Counted from the first letter of the stretch, positions 13,796-28,275 are shown. The stretch is DNA of 64,000 nt from Eledone cirrhosa (GCA_964016885.1 OZ024740.1:168764001-168828000); one strand, 5' to 3'. Notes: generated by a model from the letters alone, not told the origin. A program made the numbers and translations.

Positions 13796-15911
13796 TTTTA
13801 TATTAGTTTTTGTGCTGGCATTATTTAAATGGGTTGCCACAGACCAAGACTAGATGGATTGAAGAACCATGTCTTGCTCATACATTCCATATTTTGGCAT
13901 GGTTTCTATAGGTGGGTGCTCTTACTAATGCTAACCCATTATATACACGGGATGTATTTTATTGTAGCACCTACACTACCACTAGAAACATTGTCAATTC
14001 CTTGATAAAGTAAAGAGTCCTCTCTACCATACATTCTCAGTTCATTCATCAATTCCTTTACAGGGAGTAAGCTTCTGGAATTCCAGCCCTTCCTAAAATT
14101 CTCCTGCATATATTGATCTACAGATGTTCAAGCTAAATACTGACCACATCATCTGGCAGTGCCTGAAAGGACTATGAGTATTGTCTTACTTCCTCAGACA
14201 AGTTATAATGAAAAACAAAAACCTACTTGCTGTTTCTTTAACTATTAACGTCCTGTACTACATGAAACCACAAGATATTCTTGAAAGTACAAGGCACCAC
14301 TGTGACTACATTACATTAAAGATTAAAGCTTTGACTTTAGTTTATTATAAATTTTCAAAAGGATCTATAGTAAAATTTAAAAAATGTTGAATTAACAAAC
14401 TCATATTTTGATATTCTCTGCTAAATCATAACAGGATGTTAAGAATTAACCTTTGCTACTATGTAGATAACATCACTTTATATTCCTTCTTCACCATATG
14501 CACCCTGTCTTAATCCATAAGGAACTTCAGTACTTCACTTGTGAAATATATATTTCTTTCAATTACACTAAAATGTAAGCATCACACATCACAAGTTAAT
14601 AAGATTGCATACAAAGAACTTAGATTCCTTTTCAGAATCAGACAATACTTCACTCCTTACTATTTTTAAAGTGCAAATATACCCTGCACTATTTTATTGT
14701 CCACATATCTGAGGAAATGTATTCATCAGAGATGTGCACATAAATGAAAACACTAAAAAAATAGGCAATAACACTGATAGGCAAAGTTCCACTCTTATAC
14801 ATCTTTAATTATGAGCTCCTCATGTTACTTCTAAAGCAAGAAAAGCAATAGTCTTGTTCCTTTGAACTTAAAGACTGTATATTACTCTCAAATAAATCCT
14901 CTTATTGCAGACATTGTACTAAAAATCCTTTTCCATTTCTGCCACCTCAGATTTACTGCTGTCTTACTACAATCTGTTTCTTGCTTATTTTTCCCATAAG
15001 AATTCTCACTAAATGCCAACTGCATCCTGTTATTTCTATCATCTCATTCTAACATGGTTGTAAACATGGAAGTAAGCAATTGTTCAACAGTTTAACAGAT
15101 CTTTATATTGACTGTATATTATGACTATAAACTATAAATGGTGAATTGATGAAGTCGTTAGGGTGTAGGACAAAATATTTTGTGATATTTTTTCTGGCTC
15201 TCCTTTCTCTGAGTTCACCGAGATCAGTTTTGCTTTGGGGATTGATAAAATAAAGTACCATCCCTGAGTGGATTGGTAGAATTGTTTGAGCATTGTACAA
15301 AATACCTTGTAGAATTTGTTCCATCTCATTGTGTTCTGAGTTCAAATCCTGCTGTGGCCTACTTGGGTGGTAACTTTAACAGAGCCTACCCTATTGCAAA
15401 CATTTGAATCAGATCTTGGGTTTGAGGATAGCTTCCTCTCTTGTACCAGTCTTATTGGCCTTGAAAAGTTTCATGGACACTGCCCTTCCCTCCCTGATTG
15501 AACAATAAATTGAATACTGTAATTTAACATTTAACATTTTTAATATATATAATTGATTAATCTAACATTACTCCATTCCTACAGTATGAAATATATTGTC
15601 AGCAATAAAAAAAAGTATGAATGTTTTATTTCTAATGGAATCACTGTGCATATTCTGTTTAGAATAAGTACACCATATCCTTGTATGTTATGAAAGGCAA
15701 CAAAAAGGATTGGCATCAGAAATGGTATCTAGCCATAAAGCATTGCCCCAAAAAGAAACCCATAAGGTGTGTATTTAAGCCTGTCATGGGGCCTGTATGT
15801 AGAAAAATGTTAGGAAGGGCTGGAATTCCAGAAGGTTACTTTGTGTAAAGGGGTTGATGAATGAACCAAGACAATGTATGTTAGAGATGACTCTTTGGTT
15901 TATTCTTATAA

Positions 15912-16245
15912 TGGAGGCACATGGCTTAGTGGTTAGAGCATTGGCCTTGTAATCGAAAGGTTGTGAGTTCAATTCTCAGACCGGGTGATGTGTTGTTTCC
16001 TTGAGCAAGACACTTTATTTCACATTGCTCCAGTTTACTCAGCTGTAGAAATGAGATGATAGGGACTGGGGTCCATATCATTCCACTGCAAATTGGTTGT
16101 GGAGGTGCCACGGCAAAAAAGCACCCAGCACTCACTGTAAATGAGGTTGGTGTTAGGAAGGGCATCCAGGTGTAGAAATCAAGCCAGAATCAATTCCCGT
16201 CCCACCCTTGCAAGCAGGGAAAAAGCGGACGTAAAATGAAACGAA
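15912..16245 (+). mobile_element. tRNA-SINE family A, full length
   Basis: A-box tggcttagtgg, B-box gagttcaattc, central domain, RTE-like 3' end; near-identical to 43013-43345 and 45031-45372. Confidence 0.9.
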
Positions 16246-17599
16246 TCACATTTGCCCATGTTAAATAAAATTTTATACATACAATATTATAATAATGATC
16301 TCAAGTTGTTTAGTCACTGGTATGCCACAGACAAAAATAAATTTCATTGTATATGAATTTTGAAGAGATTAAAAGTCAATTGATATGGATTATTATATTC
16401 ATCTTTAAAAAGTTTGAAATATGTCTCTCTCTTTCCAAATTTAATATGTTTAGAATGTCAATTCTTAAATGCTATTAAATGTCATCATAAATGCCATCGT
16501 ATGAAGTGTTTTTGTTTTTGACATCATCTTTAGTGTAATCATCATCAGTGTCATCATTATCATCACCTTCATTGTCATCCTCATCATCATCACCATTGTC
16601 ATCACTATCATTATCAATGTCATCAGCTTCAACATCACACTATTACTGTTTTAGGGGTTGAGCTGAATATATCATAAAAACATATTGTTAATATTCCTAC
16701 AAGCTTTGTCACTTCTCAGTTAACAAACTTATCACTATCTGTACAATTATGCTGTATTAAAAATAGTTGCGTGTGGGGTGGTGGTTCTGATAGTGGTATT
16801 GGTTTTTATCAATAGCTTTGCTTCAATCCATTTCCATTGAACCTTTTTGTACTTGGAGTTTATTATTTCTTGAATGATCTCAGCCTTTCTGATATTTTAG
16901 AGGAAATAATTTTTGTAATGGTTCTGATCGTTGATTCTGTAATACCGAAAATAATTTCAGAAACATGTTTTCTAATCTAGTTTACAATTACACAAACTGT
17001 CTCAGGTATCCACATTTTGTATTCTTCTTTATCAGTTATCTACATCCCTTTCATCAACATCATCATCATCACTATCATCATCATTCTCATCATTATCATC
17101 ATATGCTTGTGCCTGTTTTTCTATGATGGCATGGGTTGGATTAGTCATTACAGACCAAGTCAATACTTAATCACTAAAATATATTGTCCTCCTAGAAGGA
17201 TAGGAGAATCAGACCTCATTCAGATAAATTTTAGCATGGATGCTCTTCCTAATGCCAACTACTTTACATGTTATCTTGGCACTACCACTAAAGACATTCT
17301 TGATACAACTGAAGATTCATTTATGCAGTTTTGACATGAATTCTATAGCTGGCTGCCCTTTCTATTTTGAATGACTTTGCAGTGTGTATTGGATTCTTTT
17401 GTTGTAACACCAGCACTAAAGAAGTTGTCATGCATTCGATATAACTGAAGAGTTCTCTCTGCCTAAAGTTGTTACCATTCAAATGCCAACCGCTTTACAG
17501 CATTTACCATGCCATTTTTTCTCATAAATAACATATTGATTTAATTTACTATAGTGTTTGAAAAAGATCATATTTCACTCCTATGGAACCTTTCTGTTC

Positions 17600-18466
17600 A
17601 AACTGACAGAAAAATAGATGCAAATAGGCCAGACATTATATGAAAGAATTTCAGACAAAAATCATGCCTCATCAACAATTGATATAAATGTATCTGTCAA
17701 GACCTACCAAAAATTTAGCAAATACAAAGATCTTGAAATAGAAATTGGCAAAATGTAGAAACTCAAGACTAGAACACAACCTGTAGTTGTAGGTGCCTTA
17801 GGAATAGTAGCAAAAGGGACTGATTATGGCCTATCTCGAATTCCAGAAAATCCCAAAATGGAAGAAATTCAGAAAATAGTACTGGGGACTGCTCATATCC
17901 AATGAAAAATACTGTCTATGTAATTCCAAAACATGTTTTTTCACATATTATCCAAAGTTCATACATAATAGTAAATGCCTTTTATCATTATTTTATTGTT
18001 ATACTTATTGTCATACTCATTGTCATGATCTGAGTTCAAATCCCGCCGAGGTTAACTTTGCCTTTCATCCTTACGGGGTCGATAAAATAAAGTACCAGTC
18101 ACGCACTGGGGTCGATTTCATCGACTTTTCCCTCCTCCCAAAATTGCTGGCCTTGTGCCTACATAAGAAACCATTATTTTATTGTCATACTTCCATTTTA
18201 GCACCAAACAAGCTTTATAATTTTCTTATGTTTTTATAGACATTTTCAAGAACAATAATTCTTTTGAATCCATGGCACACAATTTAAACACAAATCCCAT
18301 CACTGAATAACATTCTTCCCCCAAAACATGGCAATTATCAACCAGCCTAGTCATAATGTCTGCTTGAGCTTATAACTTGCTGTCTCTTGAGGTTTCTAGG
18401 TGAGACTTGAAGTCAGCTCATACAAACACAAGGCAAAACCCTAACATCCAAATAATAATAATAATA
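17600..18466 (+). mobile_element. Degraded R4/Dong-type non-LTR element 3' part (restriction-like endonuclease), interrupted by a SINE at 18030-18176
   Basis: Translates TDRKIDANRPDII ... KFSKYKDLEIEIGKM ... PVVVGALGIV (RPD / KY.DL / GALG motifs); region ends in (TAA)n at ~18452. A second similar fragment (KWYEH...RPDIV) lies at ~18700-18830. Confidence 0.7.
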
Positions 18467-18484
18467 ACAGTAGCAGTAGCAGCT

Positions 18485-18521
<37 letters not shown>

Positions 18522-20864
18522 CAGTAGTAGTAGTGTATATATGTATTTGATCAGAAGACATATATACAAAGAAGATATATTACCAATATGTCATATATGG
18601 TGAATCAGACAATAAGAACCTGGTACAGAAACAGTATCAAGGCTGGACACAAACTGCATCAGTTATACACAGGCAATTGTGTATAACACACTGTAGAGAC
18701 AGATCAGAAAAGTGGTATGAACATAGACTAGTGAAAGTCATTGAAAATGAACAAGAAAACATTTTATGAGACATGAAAATCTAGACAGGCAAGAAACTGA
18801 AACATTCAAAGACCAGATATAGTTATACTAGAGGAAGATACTAAAATAACAGCCAAATCTCTCACTAATCACTCCTACCTTTAGATAAAATAGTCCTTGA
18901 TACACTATATCTGAAAATAAGACAGGTTGGTCTCAGCTGTAATGCTTTTAACCATAGGTCTGCTTGATCAGGGCTGATCTGGGACTAAACAACATCAACA
19001 ATAATAAAATATTTTTTGTATAGGACCAACTTGTTTTGTATATTGTATTCATTTTGATCAGGCCCAATTGTATTTGGTCTATTAATGTTTGTGATCTGTT
19101 GAATGCCCTTTGAATTTATGAGAAACCTCATTGTTCATTGGCTATAGTATGTAAGGAAAATAATCTTTGTTGGAAATGTTCTGTCCTATTCTCTCCATTT
19201 ATTATGAAATAATTAAAAATAATTCATAAATGATATTTTTTTCATTATCATTATAATTCTTCAAGTTGAAAGAATGTTAGATTTTACCTACAGATCATTC
19301 CTGTATGACAATAGCTTTGTATGTAGATTCTCTGAGGTAGTAGTTACAGATTCAACATAGAAAGGCATGTAGGAAAGTCATAAATGCATTAGTGACCTTC
19401 CCTCACACATATGTATAGCTAAAATTGAAACATGTTTCCTGTGTTCCTAACACATCATGTTTCTGAATACATCTATAAAACAATTTCACACATGGTGTTA
19501 GCCATTACTGTTATTGCTTCCATGTCCATCACTTAGTTTATTGCTTTTATTGCCATTGGTTTTCAAGTCGATTCAGTGAATGTTTGCATTGCAACATATT
19601 TCTTGTAATAATCTGATCATATTTCTTATCATACACTTGAAACTGTTGTCTTTATAGCAGCTCTACTCTAATATTATTTTTTTTAACTTTCCAATCACTA
19701 TGCCTTGAAGATATCTGGGCAAATTCTATATCTACAAGGTGTTGCTGTGTCTCTGGAACTTTAGTATCCCATTTATTTAATTTGTTTATCTTATAAACAA
19801 TGCTGAACTAACATACAAAGTAATTGACCTATTGTTAGGATACCTTTTGATATCCTAGCAACAAAATAAACCAGAGCATCTCCATCTCATATACTTCACT
19901 ATGGGCTTAGTGGAAGTAGGTATTGGTTTAATATTTACCTGATAGATAATATAAACAGTTAATTTCTTCCTAGAAAATAAATAATGTCTATTTTGTTGTT
20001 CAACAATGCTGCTGGTTCAGCAATAGTGTTAAAAGCATACATGAAATGTTCTTCGGATTAATACAAGTTTGTTATGACACATTTAAATTTCCCCTACATT
20101 AAATATAATTGGCCTCTGGTTATTGCTGTAAAGCTCAGTTGTGGTTAGGGTTTAATTGAATGTAGGTTAAAATGGAAGAGTGAGAGAGAGTGATAAAGAA
20201 CAAGAAAGAGAGAGGGAGAAAGGGGAAAAAAGTGAGAGAAAACATTTTTTTAAATAAAAAAAAAAATGTTTTTTTCTATCATTCTATTTTTGTATGCAAA
20301 ACTACATTTCTTTTGATTTTGAAAGAGTAAGCTATAAAAAAACAAACCTTTATTGTATTTAACGATATTGTTGGGTTTTGGTGATGACAAATGTATTTTT
20401 AGAAATAAAGAGACAATAAGTATTAAATAAGCAATTACTATTCATATGTTAGTATACTTTAATAATGCTTTATATCCATTTTACCATGCAACACAACTAT
20501 TCTTCTGGTGGTGAGTAACGTATTATAGTAGCAGAAACAGTAGAATGTAGAACTCAATACCTTTTTGTGTTCTAAGCTGAGATCCTGTTGCAGTTTTTAA
20601 AATAAGTAATGATAATATACTGTAAGTCAATTAAATCAACTTTACTCTTGCTTTATGTCAGGGATTCCCCAAACTTTTTAAACCATCAACCCCTTCATCG
20701 AATACTTCACCCCCTCCCTAATGACTCCAAGGCATGTACAAGAATTAATTAGAAAGTAAATAAATCAGTATAAAGAATATAAAATAGACAAGACAATAAA
20801 GATAAATGATGCATAAATCAGAAACCTGTGTAAGTTGTATTTTACTGTATTATTTTATGTGGAT

Positions 20865-21042
20865 TGGCAGTATTGGTAGAGGGTCGGACGCCATGCTTTG
20901 CAGCAAAGAGTTACGTCCCTTTATGGTCTGAGTTCAAATCCTGCCGAGATTAACTTTGCCTTTCATCCTTACGGGGTGGATAAAATAAAGCACCAGTAAT
21001 ACACTGGGATAATTGCTGGCTTTGTGCCAAATGTATAAACAA
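20865..21042 (+). mobile_element. SINE family B
   Basis: Matches 13615-13795 over its whole length. Confidence 0.78.
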
Positions 21043-22354
21043 TTATTTTATGTATTGTACAAATGTCAAGTTTTGGCCCAAAAGTTCAATCAACCTCCTG
21101 AGCAGCTCCATCAATCTCTGGAGGTTCAATATCAGCCATTTTGGAGTCCTCTGCATTATACCCATGTCAGAAATTTTTATTATAGCAATTAGTTGATAGA
21201 AATGGTGGTTGGTCAAGCCGAGATTATGATAAAAATAATTGCTCAGGGTGCCACACAATGGGATTGAATGCAGAACCTAATGATTGCAAAGCAAACTTCT
21301 TAACCATTCAACCATATTTGCTTACTACCAGTATGAATATCATCACACCCTTTTTTCCCCTTCCCAAGCCTCATAATTTCATGTGAATTATGTGGCCACC
21401 AAATGAAAATAAGACAAATACTATTAAGTTATAAGTTCAGAAAGATACAAGTGGTTAAATATGTAGAATATATTAAAACATTTATCTAAAATTAGTTGAT
21501 AGATAGAGGACAATGTGTTTATTTGATTTATCATACATACCATGTATACTCGTGCAAATGTTGATCCCATATAGAAGTCAATTCCCTATTTTTAATTTTT
21601 TAAATGTGGAGATTTCAACATATCTTGCATAAAAGTTAACCCTATTCTTCAAATACATTGGTGACCAACATTTGTGAATGATGATATCATCCTGAACATA
21701 AATTTTATAGTGCAGAGATATTTTTCCATACAATTATGTTCTGATGTATGCAATTGCAAATATTTCTAAGAGCTATGCAGCCTTATTTATGTGTTTGGTA
21801 GTATGAAGTTTATTTTGATATGTAGAAACATTGGTATTATTACTCTAATTCTTTTTTTTTTTGATTTTTTGTTTTTTAAGTGAATTTATAGTCCATTTAG
21901 ATTTCTGCTTATTGATATAATATTTCAAATTGTATTGTGAATTTCAGCCCCTCAAAAAATAGTATCCATGTAATAGTTGGCCACATAAATTTGTCTAAAA
22001 AATTAAATTTTTACATGAATATATACAATATCTATTTTGTTAATTATCATTCATACCCTGGTTTTTGTAAGAGAATAAAAACTGTTGGCCTCAGAAAAGG
22101 CATCTGGACAATAAACACTGCCTCAAAAAGCCTCATCTAAATTAGGCCTATATGAAAGAGCAGTTGTAAATTGTCAAAAATAATTGCATTTAAGTCATGA
22201 TTTATTGCTAGAATAGCTAGAGTGTTGGACACATACCTTGTGGTAATTGTTTCAGTTCTTTGCATTCTGATTGCCTTTGATCCTTCTGGGTGTTGATAAA
22301 TAAAGTACCAATCACTTCTCACACATACATACTCCCCTCTGCTGTCTGTCTATC

Positions 22355-25300
22355 CCGGCTTCGGTGGGGCTCTGATCAATTTAGATCAGTCTAAGGCGTT
22401 CGATAGGGTCGACCATCAATACTTGGAGGCGGTTCTCAAGGCGGCTGGTTTCGGACCCATCTTCAGAGGCTGGATCGCTGCAATGCACACCAACATCTGC
22501 TCGATGGTCAAGGTGAATGGCTACCTATCGGAGCCGTTCGCAATCACGCATTCCATCCGACATGGATGCCCTCTCTCCTCCATTCTGTACATACTAATTC
22601 TAGAGCCACTACTGCGGAAGTTGGAGCTGCTGCAGGGCATCCCGTTGGAACCAGGACTGCGGAAAGCAGCATCGGCTTATGCCGACGACGTTTCAGTAAT
22701 GGTGTCGGAAACCTCGAAAATCGGGGCGATTGGCAACTTACTGCAGGAATATGAAAGGCTCATAGGAGCAAAACTGAACCCGGACAAGTTTGTCGGTTTG
22801 CAACTCGGAATGTGGAGAGGCAAACTGATGCCGTCTGACAGTGTCGTTGGACGCTGGATGGACAGACCGGTGAAATTGCTTGGGGTCTGGTTTGGTCCGG
22901 ACCTCTAGGTGGAGAAAAACTGGAACAAGGTCACAGCCAAGGTATTTGCACTCACCCAGAAGTGGGCAGAGTGCAAAGTATCCTTGAAAGGTCGAGCGGA
23001 GGTGGCTAAACCTTTCATAACGTCCATCATCTACTACTGCTTGACCGTCGTGCCTTGTCCTTGTGAACACCTCACCAAGATGGAACGCATGTTCTTCCAG
23101 TTCCTTTGGCAGAAGAAGGTTCCAATGGTGAGGAGATCCATCTGCTGTCAGCACCCTTCCAACGGATGTCTGGGAATGCCGTGGCTGATGATGCGCAAAC
23201 ATGTGCTGAGGCTACGGCATCTACCGGTATTCCTCACTGACCAACCAGTGTGGGCACCGTTTGTGAGACAGGCCTTCCCGCAACTTGTCTCACTGACGGA
23301 GCTGCAGTCCTGGGTCAAGCGGAGACCGAAGAAGATGGGCGCCTGGCACATTGAATGCGCTCAGGTGCTCACAGCCCTCTGTCAAGCAGGCACAGCAATC
23401 AGTGGAGACTCCACTTCGACATTCTATAGAGGGTTAGTACGTCACAAGGGCAATGACGTGCTCGGAGAGACTCTGGGCGTCGAAGACGATGAACTCACCA
23501 GTTTGTTTGGTAGGACTTTCCTCCCGGGACCTATGGACATCTTCCAGAGGTCCCTGGTCCGGCAGTGCTACCGAGGAGCTCTACCAGTTCGAGACAAGAT
23601 CTACAGGCACGGACGCCTCGGCAGGGATCCTTCCAAGAGGATGTGTCCAAGATGCAAGCAGGACATTGAAACCGTCTTGCACGCAATTGTACACTGCCCG
23701 GGTGTAACCGACCTGTGGAACTACGCAGAACAACTGTTGTCACGTATGGGACAAATCCAGTTGACTGCTGAGTCCATAGTAAGGATCAAACTGCCAACCT
23801 CCTTCAAAAACGAAAGAGAGGCGGTTTTCCTCTGTGAAGTGGCTATGGTGAAAGAGGTTATATGGTGGACGAGATTGAGAGGACTGAGGACAGATGTCTT
23901 TCTCTCCAGACAACAACTCATTCCATTCTTTAGGTACCACTTTAGAAGGAGAATCAGAGTGGAGAGAGAGGCACTGCACCCCAGTAAATTTACTGAAAGG
24001 TGGGTGAATGTGGCAAAAATGGCCTGAGTGATTGGGCCTTTTCATCATCATCATCATCATCATCGTTTAACGTCCATATTCCACGCTTGCATGGGTTTGG
24101 ATGGGAGTTTTCCCACTTGAGGCAAGAGTGGTTGTCTTGCTCGCATAGGATTGTCTGGCGGGTTTTCTACGGCTGGATGCCCTTCCTAACACCAACCACA
24201 TTTACAGTGTGGAACTGGGAGGTTTTTACCGTGTTACCTTCACGGCCACATTACAGCGTGGACTGTGTGTTTTTTTTGTCGTGACACCTACACGACCTCA
24301 TTTGTTTCGGCCTAGATGTTGTGGTACCAACATCACTTTACATAGAAAGGGGCAGTGTGGATGGGGTGGGGGTGGTGGGACAGGGGTGTATTTTGTTATT
24401 ACTACTGACTGTAGTAGGTTTTACTTTGTATTTAGGTAAGGCGGGTCTTCTCTATTACTGTGTACCGCCAAAGATCTCGGTCCAGTGACATTGTCTTGGA
24501 CAGGTGTAAGTGTGTGAGGTCGGAATTTATCAAGTCGTCCCAGGTTTTTCTGGGTCTGCCTACTCCGTGGCTACCGTCTATTTTTATTGCCCTGCACTTT
24601 TTTATACAGCTGTCGTCTTTCATGCGCATCACGTGACCATACCAACGTAGCCTTCTCTCGAGTAAACAACATCTGATCCCTCTTATTTCTAATTTTTCCC
24701 TTAGTCCGTTAATGCTTTGCCGTTGATGTATATTACTATTACACATCCAGCGGAGCATGCAAGCTTCGTTCCTCTCTAGTCTGCGTATACCCTCTGCACA
24801 CAATGCCCAGGTCTCACTGCCATGCAACATTGCTGTTCGTATGCAGGCATCATACAGCCTGCCTTTCATTTTTAGGGAGAACCCTTTAGCGGCTAATAGT
24901 GGTATAAGCTCTCTGAACTTTTTCCATCCAGTTCTGACTCTTGCTACTGTACTTTCAGAGCACCCTCCCCCACTGCTGATTTTGTCACCCAGGTAACGGA
25001 AGCTGTCCACTATTTCTATAGAACCCTCTGTGCAATTGAAAGAGCTAGTATTCTGTGGGAACTTGCTGCTACTTATTGCACCAGAGCACCGGCCACATGT
25101 TAAATCTATGTTCTTAGTTAGCTTACCTGTGATCCCACTACATCTTTTATGCACCCATACTTTGCATTTGGGACATAAAATGGAGTTTCTACCTACTCCT
25201 TTCCTACACACTGAGCATGGCCATTTCCCGGATGGGACCGGTGCCCTATTTTCCTTCCTACAAACTAGAACTTTAGTCTTAGACAGGTTAATTTTAAGGC

Positions 25301-25575
25301 CTTTTGATTCTAGGCCTTCTCTGTATATAAACCTGTAGGTTGAAGAAGAGAGCAAAAGGAAGAAGGGAGTACTTGCACAACACGCTCCTGAAGTTGAGGG
25401 TTGTTCTATCGACAGAGTATTAAACAACCCATTTGTGGTGCCTCCCCCCTATTGGGGATTTTGATTGTTTAATTTGTTTGTTTGAATATTTTTACACGAT
25501 TGTATGTAAAATCCCCGGCATGTGTCTTTGTTTTGTCCCCTTTTCTTGTGCGCTCTTGTGGCAAATAAAAAAAAT
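22355..25575 (+). mobile_element. 5'-truncated Tx1/L1-clade LINE, with an RTE inserted in its 3'UTR
   Basis: LINLDQSKAFDRVDH, RHGCPLS, AYADD, C-terminal CPRC...ETVLHAIVHC zinc knuckle. The 3'UTR resumes at ~25318 and ends gcaaataaaaaaaa; collinear with the copy at 55141-57429. Confidence 0.9.
24042..25320 (-). mobile_element. 5'-truncated RTE-clade LINE nested in the Tx1 element
   Basis: Open ORF2 C-terminus (GLKINLSKTK, PHD-like CSVC..CPKC..H..C insert, FRYLG, LHGSETW, RRLRWYGHVMRM, GRPRKTW); (GAT)n tail at 24042-24064. Confidence 0.92.
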
Positions 25576-27227
25576 ATATATATCTCTGAATCAGCTATAC
25601 TGCACTGTGAGAGTGTTGTAAGGGGCCCCTCACAGTCGCTTTCTCTCATGAAATAGAGAACGTTTGAGTTAGGAGTTAGCAAACTCTTATTGTTTCACAA
25701 GTTAGAAAATCTATCCAAAGAAACCAAGGTATAAGGCAAGTGTGGGCAGTACATTGTACAACATGAATGGTTAAACACACAATATTCAAATGTTAATTTA
25801 ATGATCTTGGTACTCTAAACCACAACTATTGCATTTTACACTCATCACTCATTACACTACACTGCAGGCATGCTGGGGGCACCAGCTTAAATGGATTTCA
25901 TCAATCCTATTGACCCCAGTACTTATTTCATCAATCTGATTTTGTTGAACTGCTAAGTTATGAGTCATAATCACAAACCCAGGGACACACTTATATACAT
26001 ATGTGTGTGTGTGTATACATACATACACACACACCACATTTTTATAGTTTCTGTGTATTTCTGTAAATTTCAGTCCCAAGACATTGGTCAACCTAAGACT
26101 GTAGAAAACACTTGTCCAAGGTACCACACACTGGGACTGAACCAAGAACCACGTGGTTGTGAAGTCTTCTTCTTCTTGAGAGGGTCATGGGGGCAGAGTA
26201 CTCAAACATTCCTTCCAGCAGGTCCTGTCAGAAGCAACCATTTCCAACTGATCTGGATGGATCCCCAAGCGAGATCAGCTGAGCTCATGAATGTTATCCA
26301 GCCATTTTGCTTTGGGTCTCCTGCTGGTTGGTTTTGCTCATAAAATCTGTCCAGCTATTCTTTCCTGGGACATTCTAACCACATACCCATAGTATTGGAG
26401 CTGTAAAAAAAGTTTGGCTTTTCCATACCTCCTTTCTTTTGATTGCCAAATACTGAAGCTGGCACATTACTGCACCAGCCCCTCAATTCCTGCACTTAAT
26501 TCAGCCTACTGGCTTCCATCACTCATGACCACAGCCCCGAGATACTTGAACTTCTCCACCTGCTTCAGTGAACTCCTTTATTTCACAGCCAATAATATGT
26601 GCCTATATTATGATATTTTTTTAATTTCTTATCTTAGAATGGTTATAGGTTCCCAAGAGGATGATTACTGGTATCACTGCATGTCTGATGGCAAGAGTGA
26701 CAAGAGAGCTCATGTACCTCAGTGCATAAGAAATATTGCAAAGGATTTAATATAGAAGTACTATAGGAGTACATTCAAAAGTACTATTTCTTTTGGATTT
26801 CTCATTTATGATGCACATCATCATCATCATAATTTTACATTCATTTTCTACATTAGTTAGGCAGGTTGTCACACTTTCAAATTAGAAAGGCAAACCAGAT
26901 GATTGTGTCTTGCTTATAACTCCCCTTTTTTGTATGATTTCTATGGCTGGATTCCCTTCCTTACACTAACTACTTGATGGCATATACTAGGATCGTTTTC
27001 TAATGAAATCACCACTGCCATATGGCAGGGTGGGCTGAGTGTTTTTTTCTTGGTACCAAATCAACGAAAGATATAAAGATATCATATATCATCATCATTT
27101 TTACATTTACTGTTCAACCTGGCATGGGCTGGACGAGATCTCTTTTTTTTGGGGGGGGGGGGGGGCAGTACTGTATGACTGGATGCTCTTGCTGAAATCA
27201 ACCCATACTTTATTTTAAGTGGGGTAT

Positions 27228-27750
27228 CATCATCATCATACGTCTATCTTCCACGCTAGCATGGGTTTAGACGGAAATTGCCCCATTTGAGGCAAGATTG
27301 GTTGTCTTGCTCGTATAGGACTGTCTGGCAGGTTTTCTATGGCTGGATGCCCTTCCTAACACCAACCACATTTACAGTGTGGACTGGGAGGTTTTTACCG
27401 CGTTACCTACACGGCCACATTACAATGTGGACTGTGTGTTTTTTTGTCGTGACATCTACACGACCTCATTTATTTTGGACTGGATGTTGTGATACCAACA
27501 TAACTTTACAGAGAAAGGGGTGGTGTTGATGGGGGTGGGGATGGGGTAGTTGGGGTAGTATTGGAGGGGCGTGTATATTTGATTAAGAGGTGCCTACTGA
27601 CTGTAGGTTTCACTTTGTACTTAGGCAAGGCGGGTCTTCTGTATTACTGCGTAGCGCCAAAGATCTCGGTCCAGTGACATTGTCTTGGAGAGGTGTAAGT
27701 GTGTAAAGTCGGAATTTATCAAATCGTCCCAGGTTTTTCTGGGTCTGCCA
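27228..27750 (-). mobile_element. RTE 3' fragment
   Basis: GRPRKTWDDLINSD... plus 3'UTR; 5' end abuts (TA)n. Confidence 0.88.
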
Positions 27751-27773
27751 TATATATATATATATATTATATA

Positions 27774-28240
27774 TATCAAAATGAAAATCCGAAGACAAGG
27801 TAAAATTCCAATCATTTAATCACGATGCATGTTTCAATAAGAGATAGCTCGATTGTGAAGCCATGATCGATTATCACTGATCTCATCATGTGAAAATGAA
27901 TTGTCTTCAAATTCTTGATATGAGGGAGAACATCGTTATTTTTTCTCCCTCGTATCAAGAATTTGAAGACAATTCATTTTCACATGATGAGATCAGTGAT
28001 AATCGATCATGGCTTCACAATCGATCTATCTCTTATTGAAACATGTATCGTGATTAAATGATTGGAATTTACCTTGCCTTCGGATTTTCACTTTGATACT
28101 TATACTCCGTTTTACATCATCTAGCTGTTCCCTCGAATGGAATTGGAGATATACAAAAGCGTGGAGAACTTAATATTGCTAACATAAAGTTATTGGACCA
28201 TTTTACACAACCAATAATGCACCTTACTATATAACAACTA
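27774..28240. mobile_element. Fold-back element in (TA)n: ~155-bp inverted arms plus ~140-bp tail
   Basis: 27774-27930 is the reverse complement of 27942-28098 with few mismatches; degenerate hammerhead-like aTGATGA...GAAACATGTA. Confidence 0.8.
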
Positions 28241-28243
28241 TAT

Positions 28244-28275
<32 letters not shown>

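Noticed and set aside
15912-15985. tRNA-like sequences at SINE heads (also 43013, 45031)
   Set aside because: A/B boxes are present but there is no complete cloverleaf, and they run into SINE bodies; not tRNA genes.
24432-25427. 331-aa ORF as a single gene
   Set aside because: Chimeric: the first ~36 codons are antisense Tx1 3'UTR fused by chance to a truncated RTE ORF2.
26638-26755. Possible exon after ttaatttcttatcttag (MVIGSQEDDYWYHC...)
   Set aside because: The acceptor looks plausible, but the phase-0 reading stops after 8 codons, the longer frame is phase-incompatible with the 1024 donor, and I recognise no homology.
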